Shown here: piece by piece, positions 39,339-49,364 of the stretch | Layout: the number at the start of each line of letters is the position of its first letter | Numbering within the stretch: the first letter of the stretch is position 1 | Assembly (NCBI GenBank): GCA_964231325.1 | Contig: CAXRIF010000003.1 | Span: forward strand, 1,234,325-1,298,324 | Source: Rickettsiales bacterium | GTDB taxonomy: Bacteria > Pseudomonadota > Alphaproteobacteria > Rickettsiales > SXRF01 | Direction of reading: 5' to 3' | Length of the DNA: 64,000 nucleotides | The notes under the pieces: model-generated | What the model was told of the DNA's origin: nothing | What the model saw: only the letters and a program-made list of their open reading frames with translations | The model's database searches: none | Translations under genes and position numbers: made by a program

Positions 39339-41000
39339 ATGAAAGCATCACCAAAAATCCTTATTTCTGCACTGATTGTGGTGCTATTGCTTGGCTACAG
39401 CATTATGTGGTTTGTGCAGGCAGATAAGCTTAAAGGCAATGTTGAAAAAACCATCTCGATGCTGAATGAAAAGGAAACCTACATTACTTATGAATCGATT
39501 GATGTAGCAGGATTCCCTATGAAAATGGCTGTGGTCGTTTCCAAGCCACGCTTTGCCGGCCGGGTGGATGTGTTGCTTAAGTCCATGGATGATATGCATA
39601 TGGGCACAAAAAAAATGTTTCCAGAGCTTCCTGAGTGGCAAGAAGATACCTCACTGGATGGCACACTGACCATTCAGCTAAACGCACTATCTGACGAATA
39701 TGGTATTATTCTGGCGGGGGATTGGCATAACGCCCCCACCATTGATGGGCAGAAGTTGGCACTGACTTCTAAAGTGGCTGGCGATTTTGTATGCGACATG
39801 AAACTTGCGAGCAGCAAGGCATTGGCAGGTGCCATATGGACTGGCTCAATAGAGCGTGATGGCAAACAATTCATGAAAGATTTACGCGTGGTCGATTGCA
39901 GCTTTCCCGCCTATGAAGCCATTAATGTGGCAAGCAGTGAAGTGGGGATGAAAAGCGAAGGTGGTTATTTGAAGTTCAACCGTGAGCCATCAGGCGATAC
40001 TCAATCTATTTATTTTGCCATGAAGATGGATAATGTGGAATTTACTGAAACCGGCGATCGCTGGATGGAGCTCTATAAACGTGCTTTCCCTCAACACTCC
40101 GTGTCTCAACCACTTTCTACTTATGGAAAACAGAATGTGGACATAGAGCTTTCCTTTAATGGCCCCGAAGACTTCAAAGACGCTAAAGAAAACGCGCCAC
40201 TTGATGTCAACTTGAACAAATTCATTATTAACAATGCCATTTACAATGTGAACGTTGCTATGCAAGCAAAAAACACTCCCAATGGAGACCAACGCGCGGC
40301 AAGCCTAGTGCTAAAAGCAGATTCTAGCTACAGTGAAGAATATGACAACATGGTCCAGCGGATGGCACGTAATGCCATTGACGAACTTTATGCCAACAAA
40401 GATGAACTGACTGCTGCCTATCTCGAAAAATATACCGCTGATGAAATGTATAGCATCGTGTTTCCGGCCCTACCTAATATGCACCCACTGGGAAAAATGG
40501 TGCAGAACCTTGATGTTTCCTACCAAGGTAGCAGCGACTTTAAAGTAGGAAATGCCACATTGACGGCGTTTGAATTATCCGCCGCACCGTATGGCGTTAC
40601 CGGCAAAGGCACCGCTAATATGTCGCAAGACAAGCCTTTCCCGGCTGCCGATCTATCACTTACTTGTAGCAACTGTGCAAGGTTAATCGATGATATTACG
40701 GACTACGTTAACCGTGTAAGCACCGCTTTTGCCTATTTTGAGCCTGAGGCTTTGCAGGCTAACACCATGAACCCACAACTAGTAGAAGCATATAAAAACT
40801 TTCTATCTGAGCTTTCTGTACCATCACAGGATGACACTGACAGAACATCATTCAACTATGCCATTGTTAGTGATGGCATGATGGGCGTTACCATTAATGG
40901 CAAGCCGATGAATGAGGTAATGTCACTTTATGCACAGCATATTGGCAATGCTTCCATGCCAGCATCAGGTGAAGAACAGCCAGACAAAGATAGTAACTAA
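39339..41000 (+). CDS. Membrane-anchored periplasmic protein, DUF2125-like
   Basis: 553 aa. N-terminal anchor helix followed by W-F-x-A-x-x-L...V.GFP, a pattern recalled from alphaproteobacterial DUF2125 proteins. The rest is unrecognised. Confidence 0.4.
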   Translation: MKASPKILISALIVVLLLGYSIMWFVQADKLKGNVEKTISMLNEKETYITYESIDVAGFPMKMAVVVSKPRFAGRVDVLLKSMDDMHMGTKKMFPELPEWQEDTSLDGTLTIQLNALSDEYGIILAGDWHNAPTIDGQKLALTSKVAGDFVCDMKLASSKALAGAIWTGSIERDGKQFMKDLRVVDCSFPAYEAINVASSEVGMKSEGGYLKFNREPSGDTQSIYFAMKMDNVEFTETGDRWMELYKRAFPQHSVSQPLSTYGKQNVDIELSFNGPEDFKDAKENAPLDVNLNKFIINNAIYNVNVAMQAKNTPNGDQRAASLVLKADSSYSEEYDNMVQRMARNAIDELYANKDELTAAYLEKYTADEMYSIVFPALPNMHPLGKMVQNLDVSYQGSSDFKVGNATLTAFELSAAPYGVTGKGTANMSQDKPFPAADLSLTCSNCARLIDDITDYVNRVSTAFAYFEPEALQANTMNPQLVEAYKNFLSELSVPSQDDTDRTSFNYAIVSDGMMGVTINGKPMNEVMSLYAQHIGNASMPASGEEQPDKDSN

Positions 41001-41002
41001 GC

Positions 41003-41266
41003 CTATTGGTCGGCACGCTTGGGAAGGCCGGGGCGTTCCCCTTCTTCGAGCTTGCGCACATCTACCTGTTGATCCCGCAGGAACTCTGCTTCACGCTGCA
41101 CCTTTTCTAACACTGATTTATCGAGGCTCTCAGGCGAATTTTTAGGGGGCGGATGCCCCTCTATCCTGCAAAGTCTCATAAATCTGTTGAAAAGCCGTGT
41201 AACTAGCCCCATAAAATCTCCTGTGATTACCATTTTCATATATGCGTATTTATGATGCAAGCGCAA
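41003..41266 (-). CDS. Hypothetical small protein (doubtful)
   Basis: ORF of 87 aa or fewer between the DUF2125-like gene and pabB, overlapping the pabB start by 15 nt if the full ORF is used. No family or convincing RBS seen. Confidence 0.2.
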   Translation of the reverse strand: MRLHHKYAYMKMVITGDFMGLVTRLFNRFMRLCRIEGHPPPKNSPESLDKSVLEKVQREAEFLRDQQVDVRKLEEGERPGLPKRADQ

Positions 41267-42529
41267 TCCCTACCGTGGACAGAACCACTCGAACTTGCAT
41301 CGGGTGTTGATGATGACTACTGGGTGCTGCTTTACTCCAGTGTGCGTACTGATTATTCCGGACGTTATAGTATTTTAGCACGCGGCCTGGCTGAACGCAT
41401 CGAAGCGAGTGATTTTGAAAAGCTCGCTACAAGACTAAGCCATGACCAACCGCACTTCGATAATGCATGGTTTGGTTATTTGGGTTATGGGCTTAAAAAC
41501 TCGCTGGAATCGCTACCACACGATACTCCGCACATGTTTGATCTGCCAGATATGTGCATGATGCGTTTTTGTGAAATTTACCAGTTCGATCATGAAACAA
41601 AGACGCTGATCCTATATTCAAATAACACCCCCACACCAGTCTCACCAAGGCCGATAGAGCAAATCATTCCTGCGGTGTCTTCCATAAGCTCCAATATGAC
41701 TCGCGAAGAATATTTACAAAAAGCCGCAAGCGTCATCGAACATATTCATGCGGGTGATTTGTATCAGGCTAATCTCACACGAAAATTTAACGGCCAATTT
41801 GCAGAGAAACCAAACGGATTGGCACTGTTTGCCCGCCTATGCGAAATAAGCCCAGCCCCATACAGCGCATATATATCTATGGGAGACACACATATTATTT
41901 CTTCCAGCCCTGAGCTGTTTCTACGTAGCAATGATAAAGGGCAGGTTCTCGCGCGCCCAATTAAAGGAACAGCACCACGTTTTGATGATAAAAACAAAGA
42001 TGATGCATCGCGCAATAGCCTCGCGGCAAGCAGCAAAGATAAAGCAGAAAATTTGATGATTGTTGATTTAATGCGCAATGACATGTCCAAAACCTGTGAA
42101 GCAGGCAGTGTAAAAACGGACAGCTTGTATGACATTACCAGCCATGCCACCATCCACCATATGTCGAGCAACATAAGCGGCAGACTAAAGAAAAACACCC
42201 ATAGCCTGGAAATGATAAAACAGTGTTTTCCCCCAGGATCCATGACAGGAGCCCCCAAGATTAAAGCAATGAAGCTATGCAGCGCGCTGGAAACACAGGC
42301 ACGAGGCGCTTACAGCGGAGCAATTGGCTGGTTTGGCGGTGATAATAGCTGTGAGCTCTCTGTCATTATTCGCACATTGGTAGTAAAGTCTCAGCAATTC
42401 GAGTTTCAGGTAGGCGGCGGCATCGTTGCGGACTCAACCCCAGAACTGGAATTAAGCGAGTTACTGGATAAAACAAAGGGAATTTGCCGCACCCTTAAGC
42501 TGGATAGAAAAAAACTGGAAAACCTATAA
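41252..42529 (+). CDS. pabB: Aminodeoxychorismate synthase component I
   Basis: 425 aa chorismate-binding enzyme with SSPELFL, RPIKGTAPR and ENLMIVDLMRND motifs. The PabB call, rather than TrpE, rests on its short length and folate context. Confidence 0.8.
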   Translation: MMQAQSLPWTEPLELASGVDDDYWVLLYSSVRTDYSGRYSILARGLAERIEASDFEKLATRLSHDQPHFDNAWFGYLGYGLKNSLESLPHDTPHMFDLPDMCMMRFCEIYQFDHETKTLILYSNNTPTPVSPRPIEQIIPAVSSISSNMTREEYLQKAASVIEHIHAGDLYQANLTRKFNGQFAEKPNGLALFARLCEISPAPYSAYISMGDTHIISSSPELFLRSNDKGQVLARPIKGTAPRFDDKNKDDASRNSLAASSKDKAENLMIVDLMRNDMSKTCEAGSVKTDSLYDITSHATIHHMSSNISGRLKKNTHSLEMIKQCFPPGSMTGAPKIKAMKLCSALETQARGAYSGAIGWFGGDNSCELSVIIRTLVVKSQQFEFQVGGGIVADSTPELELSELLDKTKGICRTLKLDRKKLENL

Positions 42530-42550
42530 CTTTCAGGAAATTACAAGACT

Positions 42551-42576
42551 CTATATACCCCCACTAGGTATATATC
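42551..42576. repeat. Palindromic element copy A (TATATACC-N7-GGTATATA)
   Basis: Perfect 8 bp inverted repeat (42552-42559 with 42567-42574), 22 nt after the pabB stop. Near-identical to copy B. Confidence 0.5.
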
Positions 42577-42729
42577 TTTACGTGCGCAATTTATTTGCGT
42601 TAACCTCCGCGTTAATAATTGTCCAGAAAAAAAGCCATGCGTTTTTTGCATAATTCAAAACCTAATATTGCATTCGAAATCATGACTCCGATGTCATAGT
42701 TAATGTGTGTCGGGCATGCAATGTTATGC

Positions 42730-42756
42730 CTACATACCCCTGATAGGGTATATAAC
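42730..42756. repeat. Palindromic element copy B (TACATACCC-N6-GGGTATATA)
   Basis: 9 bp inverted repeat with one mismatch (42731-42739 with 42746-42754), 22 nt upstream of the ATG at 42778. It aligns with copy A over about 26 nt with few differences. Confidence 0.5.
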
Positions 42757-42777
42757 CACAAATCAAACGGAGTTATT

Positions 42778-42966
42778 ATGAACACTATCCTACCTCGCAC
42801 TGTCATAAGATCAGCGATTTTGGGTATGGTTCTTATAGGGCTTCAAGCTTGCGCACAAAGCAATGAGCCAAGCGCTGAAAATAGCGTAGCACAGGCATTT
42901 GAGACATCAGACGTAATGCAATTCAAGCCCTATACGCGCACAATTTTTAGCTCTACAAACTTCTAA
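42778..42966 (+). CDS. Small putative lipoprotein
   Basis: Internal ATG with a GGAG Shine-Dalgarno gives 62 aa. The signal peptide ends LIGLQAC, a semi-canonical lipobox. Confidence 0.4.
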   Translation: MNTILPRTVIRSAILGMVLIGLQACAQSNEPSAENSVAQAFETSDVMQFKPYTRTIFSSTNF

Positions 42967-43006
42967 TATACGCTAGGCTAAGCTGTGTACTGCACTGCTA
43001 TATTTA

Positions 43007-43873
43007 TCACTCGACCTTAATATCGCCGGTTGCCTCTTCCATTTCAGCAAAGCTTGGCTGGTAGTGTGATGGAATTTGCCCACGACCTAACTCGACAGAT
43101 ACTTGCGGTGCCATACCTTTTAGGTGAGCCACCAATATATCACGTATAATGAGGTAGAATTGATGGTCTTCTTCATGCACCGCGACATTCTTTGAGGCAA
43201 TGGGACCAAAGATGGTATAGGCCATAAATACCCCTAGGAATGTTCCCACCAATGCACCACCAATCATCTTACCCAGAATTTCTGGTGGCTCGGTAATACT
43301 CGCCATCGTCTTAATTACACCCAGTACCGCAGCCACAATACCAATCGCCGGTAACGCGTCTGCTGTATGATGCAACGCATGACCAGGTGCCAAGGCTTCG
43401 TGATGATGTTTATCTAGTTGATGATTAATCACCTCTTCTACCTGCTTGGGGTCTTCCATCCCCATGGTAAGAGAGCGCAACGTGTCACATATCAGGTCTA
43501 TTGCAAAATGGTCTTTAAGGATTTTGGGGTATTGCGAGAAAATAGTACTTTCACTTGGCTTTTCGACATGTTGCTCAAGCGCAATCAACCCCTTTGATTT
43601 CATGAGTTTGCACAGCGCGAACATCAGGCAAAGAAGATCTTTGTAATCATTCTTTTTCCATTTTCCACCACCGAATGCTTGGATAATAGCTTTTGGCGTT
43701 TTTTTAGCCACTGTGCCTTTATTACTGAGCAAGAACGCACCCAGTGCGGCACCACCAATCATCCCTAACTCGCCAGGAAGCGCATAAAGAATAATTTCAA
43801 TTTTACCGCCAACGGCCATATAAACGCCGAATACGCAGCCAAAAGTAATAACAAGACCGATAAGACCTAACAT
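43007..43873 (-). CDS. motA: Flagellar motor stator protein MotA
   Basis: 288 aa with four TM helices. The conserved TM3/4 region (ALPAIGIVAAVLGVIKTM...GGALVGTFLGVFMAY) is MotA-like rather than ExbB/TolQ-like. Confidence 0.85.
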   Translation of the reverse strand: MLGLIGLVITFGCVFGVYMAVGGKIEIILYALPGELGMIGGAALGAFLLSNKGTVAKKTPKAIIQAFGGGKWKKNDYKDLLCLMFALCKLMKSKGLIALEQHVEKPSESTIFSQYPKILKDHFAIDLICDTLRSLTMGMEDPKQVEEVINHQLDKHHHEALAPGHALHHTADALPAIGIVAAVLGVIKTMASITEPPEILGKMIGGALVGTFLGVFMAYTIFGPIASKNVAVHEEDHQFYLIIRDILVAHLKGMAPQVSVELGRGQIPSHYQPSFAEMEEATGDIKVE

Positions 43874-43955
43874 GAAAAAACAATCCGTAAGAAAATGTAG
43901 TTATTTGAGTTTTATCAAGGAAATGCAAAGAAACCGTTAAAACGGAGCAGTCTTA

Positions 43956-46900
43956 CTATGCAGCAATTTCTTCTGCAGATACAACGCCTTGTATGATTCG
44001 GATACGATCCAGCGCAGCTGGTGATAGCGTGTATTTTCCAGGTAAATTGATCTTCGCATGCCCCTGCTCCAACTTGACGGTCAGGGTAATCACTGCCCCT
44101 CTTGGCTCCGGCTCTCCCAAGGCCTCCCGGATGACTGTAAGCGCATCCTGACGATCCACCACAATGTGGAAGCTTGCCCCGCCACGCCCTTGTTGAGCAG
44201 TCAGCACATCATCAAGCAGCTCTATTTTTTGTGCGATCAGTCGTGTGCCTGCCTCTTCTTGTTTTCCGTCGGCGGATATAAGCAAGATATTGCCATTTTC
44301 CAGAAGCTCTCGCTGCTGGTTAAGTAAGGTTTCATTAAACACGGATACCTCATACACCCCGCCAATATCGGAAAGCTGTATGAAGGCAAAACGCCCCTTA
44401 TCAGACACTTTAAATTTTCTACCCGTCACAATACCTGCGACTCTTAGCGGGCGATACTGACTATCAAGTTTTTCTGCCAATAGATTAGATGAGACAACGC
44501 CACTACGCTTAAGCGCGACTTCATAGCCTTCGAGCGGATGAGACGACAAGTAGAAACCAATTGCGGAAAATTCATTGTCCAAACGTTCCAACGCCGTCCA
44601 ATCACTCACGGGTGGTAATTTAGGTTTATCAACCTCCACCATATCGCTAGATGCAAATAAGCTTACCTGATTGCTTTCACGGTCACGATGGATTGCCACG
44701 CCATAGGCCGTAATGATGTCGAGCCCTTCCAGAAGCTGATGACGGTTTTCTGACAAGCTATCGAATGCACCTGCTTTAATAAGGTGCTCTAAGCCCCGTT
44801 TATTAAGCGCTTCCGGCGATACACGCGAAACAAAGTCAAACATATCTTTAAATGGACCATTCTTTTTACGCTCTTGCACCACGCCTTCCATCGCATGCTC
44901 ACCCACATTTCGCACAGCTGCAAGTGCATAGCGAATATTTCCTTCTTCTACCGAAAAGAGCACCTCTGAATGGTTGATGTCTGGTGGCAGCAGCTTGATG
45001 CCAGCGCGCTCTGCCTCTTCACGGAATATGCCCAATTTATCCGTATTGTGCATATCGTAGGTCATGGATGCGGCAATGAATTCTACTGGATAGTTCGCCT
45101 TCAGGTAGGCCGTTTGATAGGCAATCACAGCGTAGGCCGCCGCGTGTGATTTATTGAACCCATATTCCGCAAATTTTGCAATGAGGTCGAAAATACTTTT
45201 AGCCTGTTTTTTCTCCACACCATTTGCAATCGCACGATCAACAAAAATCTCTCGCTGCGCTTCCATTTCCGAGCGGATTTTTTTACCCATCGCACGACGA
45301 AGCAAATCCGCTTCACCTAGATTATAACCTGCAAGTAACTGCGCAATTTGCATCACCTGCTCCTGATAGATAATTACACCAAAGGTTTCTTTGAGCACTT
45401 TTTCAAGCAGTGGGTGTAAATATTCTGGGTTTTCTTTACCGTGTTTACGCGCAATATAGGTCGGGATATTGTCCATCGGGCCTGGACGATAAAGCGACAC
45501 AAGTGCGATAATGTCCTCCAGACAGTCCGGTTGAAGCTTCTTCAGCGTGTCGCGCATGCCCGCGCTCTCCATCTGGAACACGCCAATCGCATCGCCACGA
45601 CTTAACATTTCATATGTCGGCTTATCGCCTTCCGGCAACGCTGCTAAATCTATGTGAATGTCACGCGGTTTTAGTAGTTTCACGGCACGCGAAAGCACAG
45701 TGAGTGTTTTTAGCCCCAAAAAGTCGAACTTTACCAACCCGGCACTTTCCGCATATTTCATGGAGTATTGCACCACCGGCATGTCCGATTTCGGATCTCG
45801 ATACATGGGCACCAGCTCTGATAATGGGCGGTCACCAATTACCACACCAGCCGCGTGAGTAGAGGCATGGCGATTCAGCCCTTCCAGTTTCAAGCTAATA
45901 TCGATGAGGTTTTCAACGGTTTCGTCTTCTTCAATCGCTGCTTTGAGCATCGGCTCCATCTTGATAGCTTCGGCGAGTGTTACCGGATGCGCTGGGTTAT
46001 TAGGCACTAGCTTACATATGCGATCCACCTGTGGATACGGCATTTGCAACACCCGCCCCACATCACGAAGCACCGCGCGTGCTTGTAATTTACCAAAGGT
46101 AATAATCTGCGCCACGCGATTAGCACCGTATTTTTTCTGCACATAACGAATGACTTCTTCGCGACGCTCCTGGCAAAAATCGACATCGAAATCCGGCATG
46201 GATACACGCTCGGGGTTCAAGAAACGCTCGAATAGCAATCCATATCGCAATGGATCCAGATCAGTAATAGATAATGACCATGCCACCAGCGAGCCCGCAC
46301 CAGAACCACGACCTGGCCCCACCGGAATACCATTAGCTTTACTCCATTTGATAAAGTCCGATACGATCAGGAAATAGCCGGGGAATTTCATTTTAATGAT
46401 CGTATCCAGCTCGAACTCCAGACGCTGATGATAGGGGTGCGTATCACGAATATCATGCTGCTTAATGCGCTCAGTCAGCCCTTCATTCGCGTGCTTACGT
46501 AGCAACTCCTCCTCGCTCATGTCCTCTTGCGCGAAAGATGGTAAAATAGGCGGCCTAAACTCTGCTACGAACGAACAACGTTTAGCGATATTTACCGTAT
46601 TTTGCAGTGCTTCTGGCATATCTGCAAAAAGCTCCGCCATATCTTCTGCTGTCTTTAACCGATGTTCTGGTGTGAGGTGACGCCGATTTTCTTCGCTTAC
46701 ATAGGTGCCATCGGAAATACACAAAAAAGCATCGTGTGCTTCGTATATATCTTCTTCTATAAAATAAGCATCATTGGTCGCTACCAGCGGGATATGATGT
46801 TTAAGGGCCAGCTCGACAAATTTAGGCTCTGTTGCATTTTCTTCTGGCAAGCCATGGCGCATAATCTCGATATATAAACGATCAGCAAATATTTCTTTAA

Positions 46901-47390
46901 GTGTAAGCAGCGTTTCTTCTGCCAAAGCGTCACGTCCGGCCAGCAATGCTTTTCCTACCGCTCCGTAAATACCCCCGGTGAGTATAATAAGCCCTTCATT
47001 ATGCTCACGTAGCATGTCTAGGCTAATGCGTGGCGCATCACCTCCCGCGGGTTCCAGATAAGATTTACTGGCTAGTGCCAGCAAATTTAGCCAGCCTGTT
47101 TCATTTTGAGCATAGACCAGAATTTGGTCTGGCTTTGTTTTAACACCCGGTCTGGTGTCTTGCGTATCCACTGGCTCCACATAAAGCAAACAACCTAAAA
47201 TTGGCTGCACACCTTCTTTTGCAGCTGCCATGGAAAACTCCAGAGAGCCAAACAAATTACCATGATCTGTAATAGCAATGGCAGGCATATTCTGTGTCTT
47301 TGCCCAACCCACCATGTCTTTAATATGAATCGCCCCTTCAAGCAGGGAAAAGGCACTATGCACTCGCAGATGAATAAACTGATCGTTCAT
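43956..47390 (-). CDS. dnaE: DNA polymerase III subunit alpha
   Basis: 1144 aa with an N-terminal PHP domain (FIHLRVHSAFSLLEGA), a polymerase core (PDFDVDF) and an OB fold. Confidence 0.97.
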   Translation of the reverse strand: MNDQFIHLRVHSAFSLLEGAIHIKDMVGWAKTQNMPAIAITDHGNLFGSLEFSMAAAKEGVQPILGCLLYVEPVDTQDTRPGVKTKPDQILVYAQNETGWLNLLALASKSYLEPAGGDAPRISLDMLREHNEGLIILTGGIYGAVGKALLAGRDALAEETLLTLKEIFADRLYIEIMRHGLPEENATEPKFVELALKHHIPLVATNDAYFIEEDIYEAHDAFLCISDGTYVSEENRRHLTPEHRLKTAEDMAELFADMPEALQNTVNIAKRCSFVAEFRPPILPSFAQEDMSEEELLRKHANEGLTERIKQHDIRDTHPYHQRLEFELDTIIKMKFPGYFLIVSDFIKWSKANGIPVGPGRGSGAGSLVAWSLSITDLDPLRYGLLFERFLNPERVSMPDFDVDFCQERREEVIRYVQKKYGANRVAQIITFGKLQARAVLRDVGRVLQMPYPQVDRICKLVPNNPAHPVTLAEAIKMEPMLKAAIEEDETVENLIDISLKLEGLNRHASTHAAGVVIGDRPLSELVPMYRDPKSDMPVVQYSMKYAESAGLVKFDFLGLKTLTVLSRAVKLLKPRDIHIDLAALPEGDKPTYEMLSRGDAIGVFQMESAGMRDTLKKLQPDCLEDIIALVSLYRPGPMDNIPTYIARKHGKENPEYLHPLLEKVLKETFGVIIYQEQVMQIAQLLAGYNLGEADLLRRAMGKKIRSEMEAQREIFVDRAIANGVEKKQAKSIFDLIAKFAEYGFNKSHAAAYAVIAYQTAYLKANYPVEFIAASMTYDMHNTDKLGIFREEAERAGIKLLPPDINHSEVLFSVEEGNIRYALAAVRNVGEHAMEGVVQERKKNGPFKDMFDFVSRVSPEALNKRGLEHLIKAGAFDSLSENRHQLLEGLDIITAYGVAIHRDRESNQVSLFASSDMVEVDKPKLPPVSDWTALERLDNEFSAIGFYLSSHPLEGYEVALKRSGVVSSNLLAEKLDSQYRPLRVAGIVTGRKFKVSDKGRFAFIQLSDIGGVYEVSVFNETLLNQQRELLENGNILLISADGKQEEAGTRLIAQKIELLDDVLTAQQGRGGASFHIVVDRQDALTVIREALGEPEPRGAVITLTVKLEQGHAKINLPGKYTLSPAALDRIRIIQGVVSAEEIAA

Positions 47391-48058
47391 CGCAATATAC
47401 CATCCTGAAGCTGCACGATGCGATCCATACGCTTTGCTAAATCCATATTATGCGTAGCGACCAATGCTGCCAAGTTTTTCTCCTTAGCCAGCCTCATAAG
47501 CAGTGTAAAAACCTCTTCTGCCGTATGCGAATCGAGATTGCCCGTTGGTTCATCCGCCAGCAATAAGGCTGGCTCATTCGCCAATGCACGTGCGATGGCT
47601 ACACGCTGCTGCTCGCCACCAGAAAGCTTACCCGGGCGATGGCTTGCACGCTGTTCAAGCCCCAAGGCAGCTAATAAGCCTTGCGCTTTTTCTTCTGCGT
47701 CACCCTCGCTAACCCCTGCCATCATTTGTGGCAGGCATACATTTTCCAGCGCCGAAAACTCCGGCAACAGGTGATGGAACTGATAGACAAAACCAATATG
47801 CTGTCTACGCGCCAACGTACGCAGCTTGTCAGGCGCAATACTCATATCTTCACCTGCGATAGTAATACTACCATTACTAGGTGTATCGAGTAAGCCGGCC
47901 AGTTGTAGCAATGTAGATTTACCAGAACCGCTCGGCCCAACAAGTGCTACTACCTCTCCTGCTTTTAGTTCAAGATTGATGCCTTTCAACACCTCAAGTG
48001 TCGCACCTCCCTGTTCGAAGCTGCGCGTAACGTTATCTAGATTTAACACGCTACTCAT
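47387..48058 (-). CDS. lolD: Lipoprotein-releasing system ATP-binding protein
   Basis: Start at ATG 48058 ([10 protein letters not shown]), an 8 nt overlap with lolE. Walker [10 protein letters not shown], signature [14 protein letters not shown] and Walker B LLLADEP are present. Confidence 0.9.
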   Translation of the reverse strand: MSSVLNLDNVTRSFEQGGATLEVLKGINLELKAGEVVALVGPSGSGKSTLLQLAGLLDTPSNGSITIAGEDMSIAPDKLRTLARRQHIGFVYQFHHLLPEFSALENVCLPQMMAGVSEGDAEEKAQGLLAALGLEQRASHRPGKLSGGEQQRVAIARALANEPALLLADEPTGNLDSHTAEEVFTLLMRLAKEKNLAALVATHNMDLAKRMDRIVQLQDGILR

Positions 48059-49307
48059 AACGCAAGCCCTCCGCTGGATCGAGGCTGGCGGCTCGACGCG
48101 CCGGATATATGGTGGCAAGGAATGACAAGGACAGTGCCATGGCAATGACCATCACCACTTCCTGCATATCTACTTTGGAAGGCAGGTGAGAGAGGAAATA
48201 CAATTCATCGGCAAAAAGTTTATGCCCCATCATAGATTCGAGCCAGAGCTGGATGTTTTCGGTGTTAATAGCAATAAGCAGACCTAGGATCACTCCACAG
48301 ATGGTACCAATGACCCCGACCGATGCGCCGCACGCCACAAATATCCGCAAGATGGAACCGCGTGAAGCACCCATGGTGCGCAAAATAGCAACATCGCGCG
48401 CCTTCTCGCGCACCAGCATAATCAAACTGGAAATGATATTGAAAGAAGCAACCACGATGATCAGCGTAAGTATTAAAAACATGACATTACGCTGCACAAT
48501 CACCGCCTGGAAAATATGATTATTGGAACGCTTCCAGTCATAAACCCGGAAGTCAGGCCCCAGCTCACGGTTAACCTTCATTGCAAGCTCAGGCGCAGCG
48601 TCCGCATCAGCTAACACTATCTCTAGCTGACTCGCACGTCCTGCATCGGCATCCGCAAGTTTGAAATACGTTTGCGCCTCAGCAAATGGCAACACGATTA
48701 ACCCATTATCGTAGGCAAACATACCGATGTGAAATATACCCCCTACAGGGTATGCCTTCATACGTGGCACGGTGCCAATTGCTGTGGCACGCCCCTCAGG
48801 CGAAATAAGGGTGATATCATCACCCACTTTTAGCCCCATTTTCTCGGCCATTCGGCTACCGATCAATACGCCGCGCCCTTCCTTAAACGCAGTAAGATCA
48901 CCTTTTACAATATTTTCTGAAAGTAGTGGTTTTTTGGCGAGGTCTTGCGCGCGATAGCCTGAGACCATGGCGCCTACTGCTCTGCCCTTATAAGATGCCA
49001 TTACCTGGCCTTCCACTTTGGGAATCACATGTATGATGTCTGACTCGGCAGAAAGGCTATTTTCTAGTTCTTGGTAATCTTTGATGCCATGCTGGTGGTA
49101 GACGCTGATATGGCCTTCAAGACCGATGATCGACTTGATCATCTCTCCACGCACACCATTCATCACCGCGAGCACGACAATGAGCGTGGCCACACCAAGC
49201 GCAATGCCAATTAATGAGAAAAAAGCAATTACGGAAATCAGCCCCTCTTCACGACGGGCGCGCAGGTAACGAAAAGCGATTTTACGTTCAAAAGCAGACA
49301 GCAGCAT
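48051..49307 (-). CDS. lolE: Lipoprotein-releasing system permease (LolC/E family)
   Basis: 418 aa MacB-type FtsX permease with 4 TM helices and a large periplasmic loop. It lies upstream of lolD. Confidence 0.85.
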   Translation of the reverse strand: MLLSAFERKIAFRYLRARREEGLISVIAFFSLIGIALGVATLIVVLAVMNGVRGEMIKSIIGLEGHISVYHQHGIKDYQELENSLSAESDIIHVIPKVEGQVMASYKGRAVGAMVSGYRAQDLAKKPLLSENIVKGDLTAFKEGRGVLIGSRMAEKMGLKVGDDITLISPEGRATAIGTVPRMKAYPVGGIFHIGMFAYDNGLIVLPFAEAQTYFKLADADAGRASQLEIVLADADAAPELAMKVNRELGPDFRVYDWKRSNNHIFQAVIVQRNVMFLILTLIIVVASFNIISSLIMLVREKARDVAILRTMGASRGSILRIFVACGASVGVIGTICGVILGLLIAINTENIQLWLESMMGHKLFADELYFLSHLPSKVDMQEVVMVIAMALSLSFLATIYPARRAASLDPAEGLRYE

Positions 49308-49364
49308 GTGGCTAAATTAGCCAAGCTGCATGGCAATTGCAATCAAATGAGACAGGTTATTTAG

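Noticed and set aside
42612-42806. 64 aa minus-strand ORF in the pabB-lipoprotein intergenic region.
   Set aside because: It overlaps the start and RBS of the + strand lipoprotein gene, has no Shine-Dalgarno, and gives an implausible sequence. The region is better treated as non-coding or regulatory.
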